A stretch of DNA of 64,000 nt from Candidatus Eremiobacteria bacterium (GCA_963737065.1 CAVTRC010000001.1:1056001-1120000), one strand, 5' to 3'. Positions 1 through 13,848 are shown, counted from the stretch's first letter. Numbers and translations: made by a program. Notes: a model not told the origin generated them from the sequence alone.

Positions 1-167
1 CCGCTCGCAATCGGGGGGGCCGTCGTCCTGTTGGCCGCCGTCCTGATCGTCGTACGCGACGAGCGCAAAGCGGCTGCAACGACGTCGATATAATTGGCTC
101 GTACCGGACTGCAAATTGGAGTAATCCACTAGCAAGGGATTCGCCGCTGAAGCGGAATGGCGCGCTC

Positions 168-2865
<2,698 letters not shown>

Positions 2866-2868
2866 GGA

Positions 2869-4455
2869 ATGAGTACAGCGTTGGAAGTTCACGTTCCGGA
2901 CATCGGTGATTTCAAGAACGTGCCGGTGATCGAAATACTTGTCAAGCCCGGCGATCGCGTGAAGAAAAACGATTCGCTCATTACGCTTGAAAGCGAAAAG
3001 GCGTCGATGGAGATTCCGTCCACGCAAGACGGTGTCGTCGAAACGGTTAACGTGAGCGTCGGCGATCGCGTTTCCGAAGGTACGCCGATCGTGACATTAG
3101 CCTCTAAGCCGGATGCGGGCGCCGCTGCCGCTGCGCCCGCATCTGCTGCTCCGACGGCAGCAACGCCGGCCGTAGAGCTTCGCGTTCCCGACATCGGCGG
3201 CTTCACGGACGTTCCGGTGATCGAAGTGTTCGTAAAACCGGGACAAACGGTCGAGAAAGAAGCGCCGCTCGTCACGCTCGAAAGCGAAAAAGCCGCGATG
3301 GACGTGCCCGCCGTGCAAGCTGGGACGATCGAAGACGTTCGGGTGAAGGTCGGCGACAAGGTGTCGCAAGGCACCGTCATCGCGACGCTGCGATCGAGCG
3401 AAGCCGTATCCGCACCGGAACGAAGCCGCACGCCCGCGACCATGCCGGCGGCGCAAACGCCGCCCGTGCAACAAGCCGCAGGGCAATCGATCGCAACGCA
3501 AACCGCGCCGCAACCGCGTAACGGTCTCGTGCACGCATCGCCCGCCATTCGGCGTTTCGCGCGCGAACTCGGCGTCGGACTGCACGCGGTGAACGGCAGC
3601 GGCCCTCACGGACGCATCACGCGCGAAGACGTGCAAGGATTCGTCAAGCGCGCATTGCGCGAGGGCGGCGCTCCGGCGGCATCGAGTGCGTCATCGTTCG
3701 CCGGACTACCGCCGTGGCCGAAGATCGACTTCGCGCGGTTCGGCGAGATCGAACACAAGCCGTTACCGCGCATCAAAAAGTTGGCGGGGCCGAATCTGCA
3801 CCGCAATTGGCTGCAGATTCCTCACATCACGAACTACGACGAAGCCGACGTAACGGATCTCGAGGCGTTCCGCAACGAACTCAATGCGGAACACGCAAGC
3901 GGCGGCGCTTCGACCGGCTCAGGAGCGGCGCCGAAGTTGACGATGCTTGCGTTCTTGATTCGCGCTTCGGTCGCAGCGCTGAAGAAATTCCCGGAATTCA
4001 ACAGCTCGCTCGACGGTGAAGAAATCGTTCTCAAACGCTACTACAACATCGGATTTGCAGCCGATACATCGAGCGGTCTGGTCGTGCCGGTGCTCAAGAA
4101 CGCGGATTCGAAAGGGTTGCTCGAGATCGCGCGCGAGACCGCAGAGCTTGCTGCGAGAGCGCGCGATGGGAGACTCGGCATGGCTGACATGCAGGGCAGC
4201 ACGTTTACGATCTCGTCGATCGGCGGCATCGGCGGCACGCAATTCACGCAAATCGTCAACGCGCCGGAAGTCGCGATTCTGGGTGCCACGCGCGCCGCGA
4301 TGAAACCGGTATGGAACGGATCGTCGTTCGTCGCGCGGCTCATGCTCCCGATCAGCGTAAGCTACGATCACCGCGTCATCGACGGCGCCGGCGCGGCGCG
4401 ATTCCTCGTCTATGTCGCATCGCTGCTGCACGATTTCCGCCGCGTCATGTTGTAA
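2869..4455 (+). CDS. aceF: Dihydrolipoyllysine acetyltransferase E2, two lipoyl domains
   Basis: Two ESEKA lipoyl motifs, HASPAIRRFARELG binding domain, SYDHRVIDG catalytic motif. Confidence 0.97.
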   Translation: MSTALEVHVPDIGDFKNVPVIEILVKPGDRVKKNDSLITLESEKASMEIPSTQDGVVETVNVSVGDRVSEGTPIVTLASKPDAGAAAAAPASAAPTAATPAVELRVPDIGGFTDVPVIEVFVKPGQTVEKEAPLVTLESEKAAMDVPAVQAGTIEDVRVKVGDKVSQGTVIATLRSSEAVSAPERSRTPATMPAAQTPPVQQAAGQSIATQTAPQPRNGLVHASPAIRRFARELGVGLHAVNGSGPHGRITREDVQGFVKRALREGGAPAASSASSFAGLPPWPKIDFARFGEIEHKPLPRIKKLAGPNLHRNWLQIPHITNYDEADVTDLEAFRNELNAEHASGGASTGSGAAPKLTMLAFLIRASVAALKKFPEFNSSLDGEEIVLKRYYNIGFAADTSSGLVVPVLKNADSKGLLEIARETAELAARARDGRLGMADMQGSTFTISSIGGIGGTQFTQIVNAPEVAILGATRAAMKPVWNGSSFVARLMLPISVSYDHRVIDGAGAARFLVYVASLLHDFRRVML

Positions 4456-4485
4456 GCGCGAGCGGAACGCACCGCACACGGGACG

Positions 4486-4512
4486 GGTACTCGCCGCGTC
4501 GCGGCGAGTACC
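4486..4512. terminator. Perfect GC-rich inverted repeat between convergent genes
   Basis: GGTACTCGCCGCG-T-CGCGGCGAGTACC; no clear U-tract. Confidence 0.5.
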
Positions 4513-4528
4513 GGCCCGAGCATAGATA

Positions 4529-5062
4529 CTAGTGAGGCGACGGCGTTTCGTACATCTGGCGACGCGGATTCGGCGGCAGATGTTTATTGCGCCACTTCGT
4601 TCCGTCCGCGAAGGTGACGCGCAGCGGCACGCACCGCGGAAGGCCGGTTTGAAGCGGAAAGACGTTCGGGCTGATTCCGAACTCGTGTTTGATCTCGACG
4701 CCGGGAGAGAACGTTCCGACGTCCTTGACTTCCTCGACGAGACGTCCGTTCGCGACGAGGCCGAACTCGATCTGCTTCATCACTTTGTTCGTCGTGTTCG
4801 TGTAGTCAATACCGAGCGTCGGATTCGACTGCACGTACGGCCGCTGCCAATAGCGGTATCCATACACGTCGTTCCAATAATACGGACCAACGGGGTAATA
4901 CGCCGGCGTCCACGCGGGCCCATATGCTGTCGCGTTTTGCCGCGGCTGGCACGTTGAGACCTTGACGGGATGATGCACCGGTGTGGTTTGGGCAAACGCG
5001 GGCATAGCCGATCCCGCGCAGAGAAGTGCGGCTATGAACAGCCGGGCGGCGATCTTTTTCAT
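4529..5062 (-). CDS. Hypothetical secreted protein
   Basis: N-terminal signal peptide (MKKIAARLFIAALL..AFA), coherent ORF. Confidence 0.75.
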   Translation of the reverse strand: MKKIAARLFIAALLCAGSAMPAFAQTTPVHHPVKVSTCQPRQNATAYGPAWTPAYYPVGPYYWNDVYGYRYWQRPYVQSNPTLGIDYTNTTNKVMKQIEFGLVANGRLVEEVKDVGTFSPGVEIKHEFGISPNVFPLQTGLPRCVPLRVTFADGTKWRNKHLPPNPRRQMYETPSPH

Positions 5063-5120
5063 GACGCGAGCGTTCGCGCTCCGCCGTGAGAAACCCGCGG
5101 CTCAAACGCGCGTTCGACGA

Positions 5121-6090
5121 TCACCCGCGTGGACCGGATAACGCGTGCGCGGATACCGAGTAACGGTCGATGACCTTTCGCGCGTGTTCGATGATGCGGT
5201 TGCGAAGGCCGTCGGGTTCGATCAGCACGATCGCATCGCCCCAACTGACGAGGGTGCTTACGGCGGCATCTTCACTCGGGAAAAGAACCCGAAAGCATTC
5301 GAAGCCGGCATCCGATACGGGCTCGGTGGGCCAATAGCCCATGATCATCGGCAAGGCTTCCGCGTCGATGCGGACCACGACGGCATAACGTCCTTGCGTC
5401 TCGTACAATTTGCTCGTCGTTTCTCGCCAGTGCGCATCGAGATCGAACGATCCGTCACGCTCGTAGCGCTCGTCGAGCTCGCGCAATTCACGAATGCGCT
5501 CGGCGCGAAAACTGCGAAAGCCCTTCGGGCGTCTTTGCAACCAAATACCAGACGCCGGCTTTGGAAACCAGCCCGTACGGATCGACGACGCGCGTCGTCT
5601 GCGCCCGCACGCGATCTTCGTACGCCAATTCAATGCGCCGATCGTCCCACACCGCACGGCGCAACAACGCAAGCTTTTCGGTCGGCGGATCGCTCTGATT
5701 CCAACGACGCTGGTCGATGTGAATGCGCCCGCGCGCCTTTTCGGCTGCGTGACGTTGCGCGTCCGACAGCCCGCCGCGCAGTTTTTCTAACGCACGGTCG
5801 AGGTTTGCGCCGAGTCCCAGATCGGCAAGCACGTTGCCGCCGCCGACGAAGATCGCGCGAATCTCTTCCTCGCCGAAATGCAAGAGCGCCTTACGATATC
5901 CGTCGGCGAGCGCGATGCCGCCGTCGGCGCCCCGTTCCGCGTACACGGGGATTCCCGAAGCGGAAAGCGCGTCGACGTCGCGATAGATCGTTCGCTCGGA
6001 GACTTCGAGTCGTTCCGCAAGGTCGCGCGCGGTCCGGCGATGCGCGGACTGCAGCAACAGCAGCAACGAAACGAGCCGGTCAGCCTTCAT
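5121..6090 (-). CDS. YafY-like HTH-WYL transcriptional regulator, frameshift near 5525
   Basis: MKADRLVSLLLLLQ..TARDLAERLEVSERTIYRD HTH; VDPYGLVSKAGVWYLVA WYL motif; C-terminal half (RSFRAERI..FDLDAHW) in the adjacent frame. Confidence 0.9.
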
Positions 6091-6124
6091 CGAACTAGAG
6101 CGTCGCAAAACGTGACACGGCGTG

Positions 6125-6463
6125 TCAAGTAGACTCAGTACGCTCCACGTCCTCGATGGCTCGTTTTGCGATGGGAAGAGCGGTGTTAGCCGTTGGCCAC
6201 CCAGAGTAAAAAGCAAGATGCGTGATTACTTCGATAATTTCGTCAGCCGTAACGCCATGTTGCAGCGCGAGCTTTACGTGAAACGGCAATTCGTTGATGC
6301 GGTAGAGCGAAATCAGACTCGCCACGGTGATGAGGCTGCGATCGCGTGCCGATAGCTGCGGGCGCTGCCAAACGTCACCGAAGAGCACGTCATCGGTGTA
6401 TTCAGCGAGCGCCGGAGCAATGTCTCCAAACGACTTGCGCGCGGCGGTTGGTTTGTCAGCCAT
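6125..6463 (-). CDS. Carboxymuconolactone decarboxylase family protein
   Basis: DDVLFGDVWQRPQLSARDRSLITVA..HLAFYSGWP. Confidence 0.9.
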   Translation of the reverse strand: MADKPTAARKSFGDIAPALAEYTDDVLFGDVWQRPQLSARDRSLITVASLISLYRINELPFHVKLALQHGVTADEIIEVITHLAFYSGWPTANTALPIAKRAIEDVERTEST

Positions 6464-6614
6464 TATTGTCAGCCATTAGATGAAGTCTCCATTTTTGGCA
6501 GCGCCGGCTATGGGCGCAGCAGGATCTTTATGGCGCGCCTATCCGTTGCGGCATATCCGTCAGCGACCTGTTCCAACGGGAGCGCGAGATCGAGTCAGTC
6601 AGCGCGCGCGTTCT

Positions 6615-7265
6615 TCAGGCGGCATTCGCGGCGCTGATGATGCGCTGCTTTTGAGACTGCACTATGATCCGGGATACGACGGCTCCGACGATGAACGCCG
6701 CAACAACCGCGTAGGTCGCGGCCCAGCCGAATTCAAAAAATATGGCGGGCGTCGCGATGCAACCGAGAACCAACGCGCCCCCGACGATCAAACCGCCCGC
6801 GCCGTGTGTAAAGCCCGTTAAGCGGTCTTCCGGCGAGAGAACGTGCCATCGGTCACGCGTCCCGATCGCAAACATGATCCCCACGCACAGCACCGCAATG
6901 CCAAAAGCCGACGCGTATCCGATGAACGCAATAGCGCGATCCATTTCACCAGGCACGCGCGAGAATACGCGAACGAAGTAGACCATCAGTCCCAGCATCG
7001 AGAGGAACACGAAGTTCACCGCCACGCAGAGCGGCGTCGGCACGAAGTAGGCGGCAAGCAACCGCTGGTGCCGCGTCCATAGAAACGCGATCAGCGCAAA
7101 CGTCACAATGTAGCTCGCGAGCCAAGCGGGATGCAGCATCAAAAAAAACGCGCGCGGCGGAATGAACAGCGTGAGTCCCAGGAGCGCCAGACTGAAGCCC
7201 ATCACTACGTCGGAAAGGGCTTCGATACGGCGCACCAGACGGATGGAGCGTTCCTCTTGCTCCAT
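6615..7265 (-). CDS. TMEM175/DUF1211 family membrane protein (putative K+ channel)
   Basis: RRIEALSDVVMGFSL (R-E-xSD signature), SY..TF..W..H, about 6 TM helices. Confidence 0.75.
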   Translation of the reverse strand: MEQEERSIRLVRRIEALSDVVMGFSLALLGLTLFIPPRAFFLMLHPAWLASYIVTFALIAFLWTRHQRLLAAYFVPTPLCVAVNFVFLSMLGLMVYFVRVFSRVPGEMDRAIAFIGYASAFGIAVLCVGIMFAIGTRDRWHVLSPEDRLTGFTHGAGGLIVGGALVLGCIATPAIFFEFGWAATYAVVAAFIVGAVVSRIIVQSQKQRIISAANAA

Positions 7266-7267
7266 CG

Positions 7268-10009
7268 TTACCGGCGCAGTTGCCGCAAGACGTATTGGAG
7301 GATGCCGCCATGGCGAAAGTATTCCGCCTCGTCAGGCGTATCGACGCGCACGAGTGCCGTGAATTGCAGCGATTTGCCGGAATCCGGATCGGTCGCCGTA
7401 ACGTTCGCGTGCATGCGCGGCGTGATACCCGATGCGATTCCGGCGACCTCGTAGAGTTCGTTGCCGGTGAGCGCGTAGGTCGAACGGTCGGCGCCGTCCA
7501 TGAACTGCAGCGGCAAAATGCCCATGCCGATCAAGTTGCTGCGGTGAATGCGCTCGAACGACTCGGCGATCACGGCCTTGATGCCGAGGAGATGCGGTCC
7601 TTTTGCCGCCCAATCGCGCGATGAACCGGAGCCGTATTCTTTGCCGGCAATCACGATGAGCGGCGTGCCGTCCGCTTTGTATTTCATCGCCGCATCGAAG
7701 ATCGACATCTGCTCGTTCGTCGGCAAATATCGCGTGACGCCGCCCTCAACGCCCGGCACCAGATGGTTGCGCAGACGCACGTTCGCAAACGTCCCGCGCA
7801 TCATGACTTCGTGATTTCCGCGCCGCGCTCCGTACGAATTGAAGTCCTTCGGTTCGACGCCGCGCTCCATCAGATAGTGGGCTGCCGGCGACGTCTTTGA
7901 AATGTTCCCCGCCGGAGAAATGTGGTCGGTCGTAATCGAGTCGCCGAAGACCGCGAGCACGCGCGCATTCTTGATGTCTGCGAGCGCAGCCGGATCGGTG
8001 GGCATGTTTTCGAAGTACGGCGGATTCTTCACATATTCCGATTTCGGGTCCCACGCGTACCGTTCGCTCTTCGCAACGTCGAGCTTCGCCCAGTTTTCGT
8101 CGCCTTTAAAAACGTCCGAGTAGCGCGCTTTGAACATGTCGTCGCTGACGCACTCGGTAACCGTCCTTGCGATCTCATCGTTGCTGGGCCAGATATCTTT
8201 CAAATAGACCGGCTTACCGTCGACGTCTTCACCGAGCGACTCGCTCGTGAGATCGACGTCCATTCGACCGGCGAGTGCATACGCGACCACGAGCGGCGGT
8301 GACGCGAGATAGTTCGCGCGCACTTGCGGATGGATGCGGCCTTCGAAATTGCGATTGCCGGAAAGCACCGCCGCGACGATTAAATCTTGATCCGCAATCG
8401 TCTCGGACACATCAGTCGGCAGCGGGCCGGAATTCCCGATGCACGTGGTGCATCCGTAGCCGACGATGTTGAAGCCGAGGGAATCGAGATATCGCTGCAG
8501 TCCCGCCTTCGCGAGATAATCTTTCACGACTTTCGATCCGGGCGCGAGCGAGGTCTTCACCCACGGCTTGCTTTTCAAGCCGCGCTGCACGGCGTTGCGC
8601 GCAAGCAATCCCGCCCCGATCAACACCGACGGGTTCGACGTGTTCGTGCAACTCGTAATCGACGCAATCACGATCGCGCCGTCGGAGACGTCTTTTTCGG
8701 TCAAGGCGATCGTCGCCGTACCGCCGCCGCCTTCGCCGGCGTAGCGCGCGGCCGCGCCGTTGTTTCCTTCGCGAGCGGCCATCCATTCTTGCATCGCGGC
8801 GTTGAACGACGACTTCACTTCGCCGAGGCTCACGCGATCCTGCGGGCGTCGTGGGCCGGCCACGTTCGGTTCGACGTGATCGAGATTGAGGTGCAACACT
8901 TCGGAGTATTGCGCATCCGGCATGTCGTCGGTGCGGAACATCCCTTGCGCTTTCGCGTACGCTTCGACGAGCGCAACGTGCGCTTCGGAACGTCCGGTCA
9001 AGCGCAAATACTCGAGCGTGCGATCGTCGATCGGAAAGATCGCACACGTCGAACCGAACTCGGGCGACATGTTTCCGATCGTCGTGCGATCCGCGACCGG
9101 CAATTTGCTCAATCCCTTCCCGAAGAACTCGACGAATTTGCCGACGACGCCCTTCTTGCGCAACATCTCGGTGATCTTCAGGACGAGATCCGTCGCGGTT
9201 ACGCCTTCGCGCAGTGCTCCGTCGAGACGGAAGCCGATCACTTCGGGAATCAGCATCGTGACCGGTTGACCGAGCATCGCGGCTTCCGCTTCGATACCGC
9301 CGACCCCCCACGCAAGCACGCCGAGGCCGTTGACCATCGTCGTGTGCGAATCGGTGCCGACCGCCGTATCCGGATACGCCATCGCACCGACTGCATCGAA
9401 TGCGATCCCGGCGCCACCCGCGCCGAAGACGACGCGTGCGAGATATTCGATGTTTACTTGATGAACGATGCCCGTGTCGGGCGGCACCGCGCGAAAACCG
9501 TCCAGCGCGGATTGGCCCCATTTCAAAAACGCGTACCGTTCGCGATTGCGCTCGAATTCAAGATCGGCGTTCTTCTGCAGCGCGTCGTTATTCCCGAAGT
9601 AATCGATCTGCACGGAGTGATCGATCACGAGTTCCACCGGTTGAAGCGGATTGATCCTTTTCGGATCGCCGCCGATCGCCGCCATCGCATCGCGCATCGC
9701 GGCTAGATCGACGACACACGGCACGCCGGTAAAGTCTTGCAGCAGCACGCGAGCCGGACGAAACGCGATTTCTTTTTCCGGGCCGGCGTTCGGATTCCAG
9801 CGCGCGAGCGCTTCGACGTCGGTCTTCGTTACCGAGCGGCCGTCTTCGAAACGAAGTAAATTTTCGAGCAAAACTTTCAGGCTGTACGGCAGACGGGTGA
9901 GTTTCGTAAAGCCCGCCTTCTCGACGGCATCGAGCCGGAAATATTTATACAAGCGGTCGCCGACGCCGAGCGTGTCGACCGCATTGAAGCTATCCGCGTG
10001 CTGATTCAT
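7268..10009 (-). CDS. acnA: Aconitate hydratase A
   Basis: [55 protein letters not shown]; start taken at ATG 10009. Confidence 0.98.
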   Translation of the reverse strand: MNQHADSFNAVDTLGVGDRLYKYFRLDAVEKAGFTKLTRLPYSLKVLLENLLRFEDGRSVTKTDVEALARWNPNAGPEKEIAFRPARVLLQDFTGVPCVVDLAAMRDAMAAIGGDPKRINPLQPVELVIDHSVQIDYFGNNDALQKNADLEFERNRERYAFLKWGQSALDGFRAVPPDTGIVHQVNIEYLARVVFGAGGAGIAFDAVGAMAYPDTAVGTDSHTTMVNGLGVLAWGVGGIEAEAAMLGQPVTMLIPEVIGFRLDGALREGVTATDLVLKITEMLRKKGVVGKFVEFFGKGLSKLPVADRTTIGNMSPEFGSTCAIFPIDDRTLEYLRLTGRSEAHVALVEAYAKAQGMFRTDDMPDAQYSEVLHLNLDHVEPNVAGPRRPQDRVSLGEVKSSFNAAMQEWMAAREGNNGAAARYAGEGGGGTATIALTEKDVSDGAIVIASITSCTNTSNPSVLIGAGLLARNAVQRGLKSKPWVKTSLAPGSKVVKDYLAKAGLQRYLDSLGFNIVGYGCTTCIGNSGPLPTDVSETIADQDLIVAAVLSGNRNFEGRIHPQVRANYLASPPLVVAYALAGRMDVDLTSESLGEDVDGKPVYLKDIWPSNDEIARTVTECVSDDMFKARYSDVFKGDENWAKLDVAKSERYAWDPKSEYVKNPPYFENMPTDPAALADIKNARVLAVFGDSITTDHISPAGNISKTSPAAHYLMERGVEPKDFNSYGARRGNHEVMMRGTFANVRLRNHLVPGVEGGVTRYLPTNEQMSIFDAAMKYKADGTPLIVIAGKEYGSGSSRDWAAKGPHLLGIKAVIAESFERIHRSNLIGMGILPLQFMDGADRSTYALTGNELYEVAGIASGITPRMHANVTATDPDSGKSLQFTALVRVDTPDEAEYFRHGGILQYVLRQLRR

Positions 10010-11184
10010 GGCGTTAAGCGTATTTTGGGGTCGCCGTGCGCGTAGCCTTCGATGCCAAGGCGCAGTTCGCCGGACAAAAGTCGCCACAACGGCTCTGCAA
10101 CGAGCGCCATGCGCCAATGCGAGACGTCGAGCAGGTCATCGAACGCCTCTTGCGTTTGCGGAATCTCGCGCGCGATGCGTTCGAGCGTCGCACGCGGCAC
10201 GAGAAGGCTCTGCGGCAAATCATTGAAGCGAGCGATCTCGCCGACGACCACACCCATCATCGCCGCAAGCGTGTCGCGGCTTTGCCCCAGCGGCCGTTCC
10301 GGACGTTTGGGCAGTTCGTCCTCGGCAATCGCCTCACCGCGCTCGACCGCCTCAACGATCGCGCGCCCGAGTTGACGACGCGTCGCTGCGTCGACGCGAC
10401 GCAATTGTTCGAGATCCTCGACGCGTTTCGGCCGCAGCGTAGCAAGCCCGCCCACAACGTCGTCGGCGATGATGTACTTGAGGGGAAGGTCGCGTTCGCG
10501 CGCGACCCGATCGCGCAACTTTACGAGTTCGTTGAGAACGCCGAGTTCACGACGGTTCATGCGCATCGCCCCGGGAACGCGCAAGTACGCGCGCCGCTCG
10601 TCGGCGCGATACCGTTCGATGTCGCTCAAACCGGCGCACTCTTCCAATGCCCACGTCAACCGTCCCGCATCTTCCAAACGCCGCGTCAGTTTGTCGTACA
10701 TCGCAAGCAGATGCGCAACGTCGTCGACGAGATACTCGATTTGTCGCGCGCTGAACGGCCGGGAAGACCAGTCGCTGACCGTCTGCGATTTCGCGAGCCG
10801 AACGTGTTCGACATCGCGCACCAGGTCCGCAAGCGAAACTTGCATGCCGTAGCCTAAGAACGATGCGGCAACTTGGGTGTCGAAAACGCTCGGCGGTACC
10901 GCGTCGAATCGTTCGGCGAAAATCTTGAGATCGGATGCTAACGCGTGTCCGACCACGATCGTGTCCGAGAGCGCTCCGATCAGCGGTCGAAGATCCGGTA
11001 CCGCGAGCGGATCAACGATGACGGCGCCGTCGTCGAATGCCAGCTGTACGACCATCAGGCGCGGCGCGTACGTGCGCTCGGTATGAAACTCAGTATCGAG
11101 CGCGACGCGCGGCGCTTGACGCACCCGGCCGCACAGTTCGTCGAGTGCGTGCGGACTGTCGATCGCCCAAACGGTGCGCGTCAC
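10006..11184 (-). CDS. rnd: Ribonuclease D (DEDDy exonuclease plus HRDC)
   Basis: [28 protein letters not shown]-terminal HRDC-like region; GTG start overlaps the upstream stop. Confidence 0.9.
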   Translation of the reverse strand: MTRTVWAIDSPHALDELCGRVRQAPRVALDTEFHTERTYAPRLMVVQLAFDDGAVIVDPLAVPDLRPLIGALSDTIVVGHALASDLKIFAERFDAVPPSVFDTQVAASFLGYGMQVSLADLVRDVEHVRLAKSQTVSDWSSRPFSARQIEYLVDDVAHLLAMYDKLTRRLEDAGRLTWALEECAGLSDIERYRADERRAYLRVPGAMRMNRRELGVLNELVKLRDRVARERDLPLKYIIADDVVGGLATLRPKRVEDLEQLRRVDAATRRQLGRAIVEAVERGEAIAEDELPKRPERPLGQSRDTLAAMMGVVVGEIARFNDLPQSLLVPRATLERIAREIPQTQEAFDDLLDVSHWRMALVAEPLWRLLSGELRLGIEGYAHGDPKIRLTP

Positions 11185-11819
11185 GGCGTCGGAGTCGCTT
11201 TCGGATGGCGATGAAAGCGGAAATGTGGATGGTGTTGTTCGTAGTACACGCGTGCGCGGTGCTCTTGTTGATGAACGAAAACGGTTACGCGATCGCCGAA
11301 GATCGCGAGGACCGTGCAGATCGGGACGGCAATCACACACATCGTCCACACGTGAACCCATACCGGTATGCGAAATGCGGCCGCCGTTGCGGTTGCCATC
11401 GTACCGCCGAATCCGGGAATAACACGCACGCAGAGTAAGAAGAGCGGCGAACCGACGGGGAAGCGTTTCACCCAACGCGGCAAACGGCTGAGATACAGTT
11501 CAAGATCCATCAGGCTGGACGCATGCAAATTGATCGCGTATCCCAGCAATGCCGCGATGACGAGCCCTATTGCATTGATCAGCGACCCTTCCACCGGCCC
11601 GAAGATTGCTCCGTTCATGATCGCGAGCGCATCTGTCATGGAGAACGGCGCGGAGGCTACGACGGCGAAAATGGCGACGGCAAGCAGCACGGCGAACGGC
11701 CCGAGCGACCGCAAGAGGTGCTCGACGTAGGGCTGTTTCGCAATGACGAATCCCGCCAGTAAAAAAGATGCCGCTAGTAATGCCAGAGCGGCTAGGCGTC
11801 TGACGATCGGGTGGTTCAA
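11181..11819 (-). CDS. DedA/TVP38 (VTT domain) membrane protein; start approximate
   Basis: Hydrophobic; GAIFGPVEGSLIN..G, RVIPG motifs. Confidence 0.75.
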   Translation of the reverse strand: MNHPIVRRLAALALLAASFLLAGFVIAKQPYVEHLLRSLGPFAVLLAVAIFAVVASAPFSMTDALAIMNGAIFGPVEGSLINAIGLVIAALLGYAINLHASSLMDLELYLSRLPRWVKRFPVGSPLFLLCVRVIPGFGGTMATATAAAFRIPVWVHVWTMCVIAVPICTVLAIFGDRVTVFVHQQEHRARVYYEQHHPHFRFHRHPKATPTP

Positions 11820-11834
11820 GCGGAAGGAGGCGAA

Positions 11835-12230
11835 GTGCGCGTACTCATTACGGTGCTGTGCGGAGTTGGTCTCTACGCATCGCTTTTCATGCTTGCGAAG
11901 GACGCGAGGGCTGAGCGCGGCGAGTTGACGGAGCGCAGCGTCGTCCAAACCCCACGCGCGCGCCTCATCGGCGGCATCCCGAACGCCGCTCTTGGAATCG
12001 GCTACTATGTCGTCTTGGCAGCCGGCGTTTGGATCGCGCAGCGTCCCTGGGAGCTCGGCCTGCTGGTCGCCGCCTCGATCGCCGCGCTCGGCATGTCGGC
12101 GGTGTTGGGCTACTCGCTGCTCTTCGTGACCCGGATGCCCTGCTTGTACTGCTGGACCTCCCACGGAGTCAATGCAGCGCTCGCTACGATGACCATTCTC
12201 AACTTTTTCAAACTAACATATTGGCAGTGA
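11835..12230 (+). CDS. Vitamin K epoxide reductase (VKOR) family protein
   Basis: RBS AAGGAGG before GTG; GIPNAALG, CLYC redox motif, TM helices. Confidence 0.85.
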   Translation: MRVLITVLCGVGLYASLFMLAKDARAERGELTERSVVQTPRARLIGGIPNAALGIGYYVVLAAGVWIAQRPWELGLLVAASIAALGMSAVLGYSLLFVTRMPCLYCWTSHGVNAALATMTILNFFKLTYWQ

Positions 12231-12249
12231 CTCGCGGCTTTGCTATTAT
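12221..12249 (+). promoter_or_regulatory. Putative sigma70 promoter
   Basis: TTGGCA-N17-TATTAT; overlaps a perfect DnaA box TTATCCACA (12246-12254). Confidence 0.55.
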
Positions 12250-12254
12250 CCACA

Positions 12255-12385
12255 GTCTCCGGTATTGAAGGAGCGGTATTCCTCATCCACCGGGGGCACG
12301 AATGTCCGTCAGCAGCTATAGCCTGCGCCGGATCATCCGGCAGTCAAAAAAAAGGGGCCGCGCGAGTGCGTGGCCCTTCTGCTTT
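12255..12385 (+). ncRNA. Candidate structured small RNA, family not recognised
   Basis: Lies between the promoter and a terminator; stems GTCTCCGGT/ACCGGGGGC, AGGAG/TTCCT, GCAG/CTGC, CCGGA/TCCGG; no credible ORF. Confidence 0.45.
12346..12385. terminator. Bidirectional intrinsic terminator
   Basis: A8-GGGGCCGCGC-GAGT-GCGTGGCCCT-TCTGCTTT. Confidence 0.75.
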
Positions 12386-12392
12386 CGCGCGT

Positions 12393-13100
12393 TCGCGCAA
12401 AAGCAGAATCGTTTAACAGGCAGTCCGCGCGCTTCGCGCTCCCCGCCCCCTACGGGCAAAGCCCGCAGGGCTCCCCATTGGCGCGGTCGCGCAAAAGCAG
12501 AATCGTTTACCAGGCAGTCCGCGCGCTTCGCGCTCCCCGCCCACTACGGGCAAAGCCCGCAGGGCTCCCCATTGGCGCGGTCGCGCAAAAGCAGAATCGT
12601 TTACCAGGCAGTCCGCGCGCTTCGCGCTCCCCGCCCACTACGGGCAAAGCCCGCAGGGCTCCCCATTGGCGCGGTCGCGCAAAAGCAGAATCGTTTAACA
12701 GGAAGTCCGCGCGCTTCGCGCTCCCCGCCCACTACGGGCAAAGCCCGCAGGGCTCCCCATTGGCGCGGTCGCGCAAAAGCAGAATCGTTTAACAGGAAGT
12801 CCGCGCGCTTCGCGCTCCCCGCCCACTACGGGCAAAGCCCGCAGGGCTCCCCATTGGCGCGGTCGCGCAAAAGCAGAATCGTTTAACAGGAAGTCCGCGC
12901 GCTTCGCGCTCCCCGCCCACTACGGGCAAAGCCCGCAGGGCTCTCCGTTGGCGCGGTCGCGCAAAAGCAGAATCGTTTACCAGGCAGTCCGCGCGCTTCG
13001 CGCTCCCCGCCCACTACGGGCAAAGCCCGCAGGGCTCCCCATTGGCGCGTTGGCGCAAAAGCAGAATCGTTTAACAGGCAGTCCGCGCTTCGCGCGCCCC
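12393..13100. repeat. Tandem array of a 94-bp unit, 7 full copies plus a degenerate 8th
   Basis: GCAAAAGCAGAATCG recurs at 12397, 12491, 12585, 12679, 12773, 12867, 12961 and 13055. Confidence 0.97.
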
Positions 13101-13161
13101 GTTATGGGGGAGAGCCCGCGGCGTTCCATTAGCGCCCGCAGGCCCATTAGCACTGTTTTGA

Positions 13162-13779
13162 TTACATGCTGGTTGTTTTGAATCCGTACACGGTTGCGAG
13201 ATCGTGCATCGCTTGATTGAGAACGGCGTGGTAATCGGCGTCGGCGCCAAGACCATACTTTTTGTCGATGTCGGTCATGACTTGGTCGTGGATCGGGTGC
13301 GAGACCGCGCGATCGAGCATCACTTCGACGTTGTAGCCGTTGCCCGTTTGCCCCGCGCCCCAAAGGGCTTCCGCTAAGGCTTTACCGTCTTTGGGATCGG
13401 GATTCGGGGCGGACGGAAGAGCGATGTTCTTGTCTTTGACGATGCGCAACGAATCGGCAACGACGAAATCGAACACCTTGAGGAACGTTGCGACGTTGTC
13501 ATCGCCGAACTTTTGTTTCAGTGACGCAACTTCGGCGTCGGTCTTCGGGCCGGCCAGCGTCTTCACGAGCGTTAGGGTACTAAAGTCACTCGGTCCACCG
13601 CCGGCGACGATCATTGAAAGTGTTACGGGCAGCGCAGGCGCTCCGGTATACACGCAGCATGAACCGGAAAAGCGCGTCGGCTTGTCGACGACGTTCGGCA
13701 TCAAATCCATCGCGAGCGCAACCGCTGCGCACGTGCTGATCAATACGGCGGCAATTGCAGCCGTAAACGGACGTTTCAT
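13162..13779 (-). CDS. Hypothetical secreted protein
   Basis: Signal peptide, AAAGGAGG RBS, coherent ORF. Confidence 0.8.
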   Translation of the reverse strand: MKRPFTAAIAAVLISTCAAVALAMDLMPNVVDKPTRFSGSCCVYTGAPALPVTLSMIVAGGGPSDFSTLTLVKTLAGPKTDAEVASLKQKFGDDNVATFLKVFDFVVADSLRIVKDKNIALPSAPNPDPKDGKALAEALWGAGQTGNGYNVEVMLDRAVSHPIHDQVMTDIDKKYGLGADADYHAVLNQAMHDLATVYGFKTTSM

Positions 13780-13848
13780 CTGTGAGAAGTCCTCCTTTGC
13801 ACCCCATCAACGCACGGATCCCGCGGACGGATGTATTGAAGCGGATTT

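Noticed and set aside
8387..9706. Long antisense ORFs (also 5145-6098, 19655-20692, 52992-54107)
   Set aside because: Shadow ORFs opposite well-supported genes in GC-rich DNA
12246..12290. Replication origin
   Set aside because: Only one perfect DnaA box and one weak match; no AT-rich unwinding element or dnaA/dnaN context
12255..12345. ZTP riboswitch or HDV-like ribozyme
   Set aside because: Only short word similarities (CCACCGGGG, TCCTC, CGAAT); the required pairings could not be built and no regulated gene follows
12393..13100. CRISPR array
   Set aside because: Whole 94-bp units repeat with no unique spacers; no cas genes in the window
12302..13181. ORFs over the tandem repeat
   Set aside because: Unit length is not divisible by 3, so frames rotate; these are by-products of the repeat
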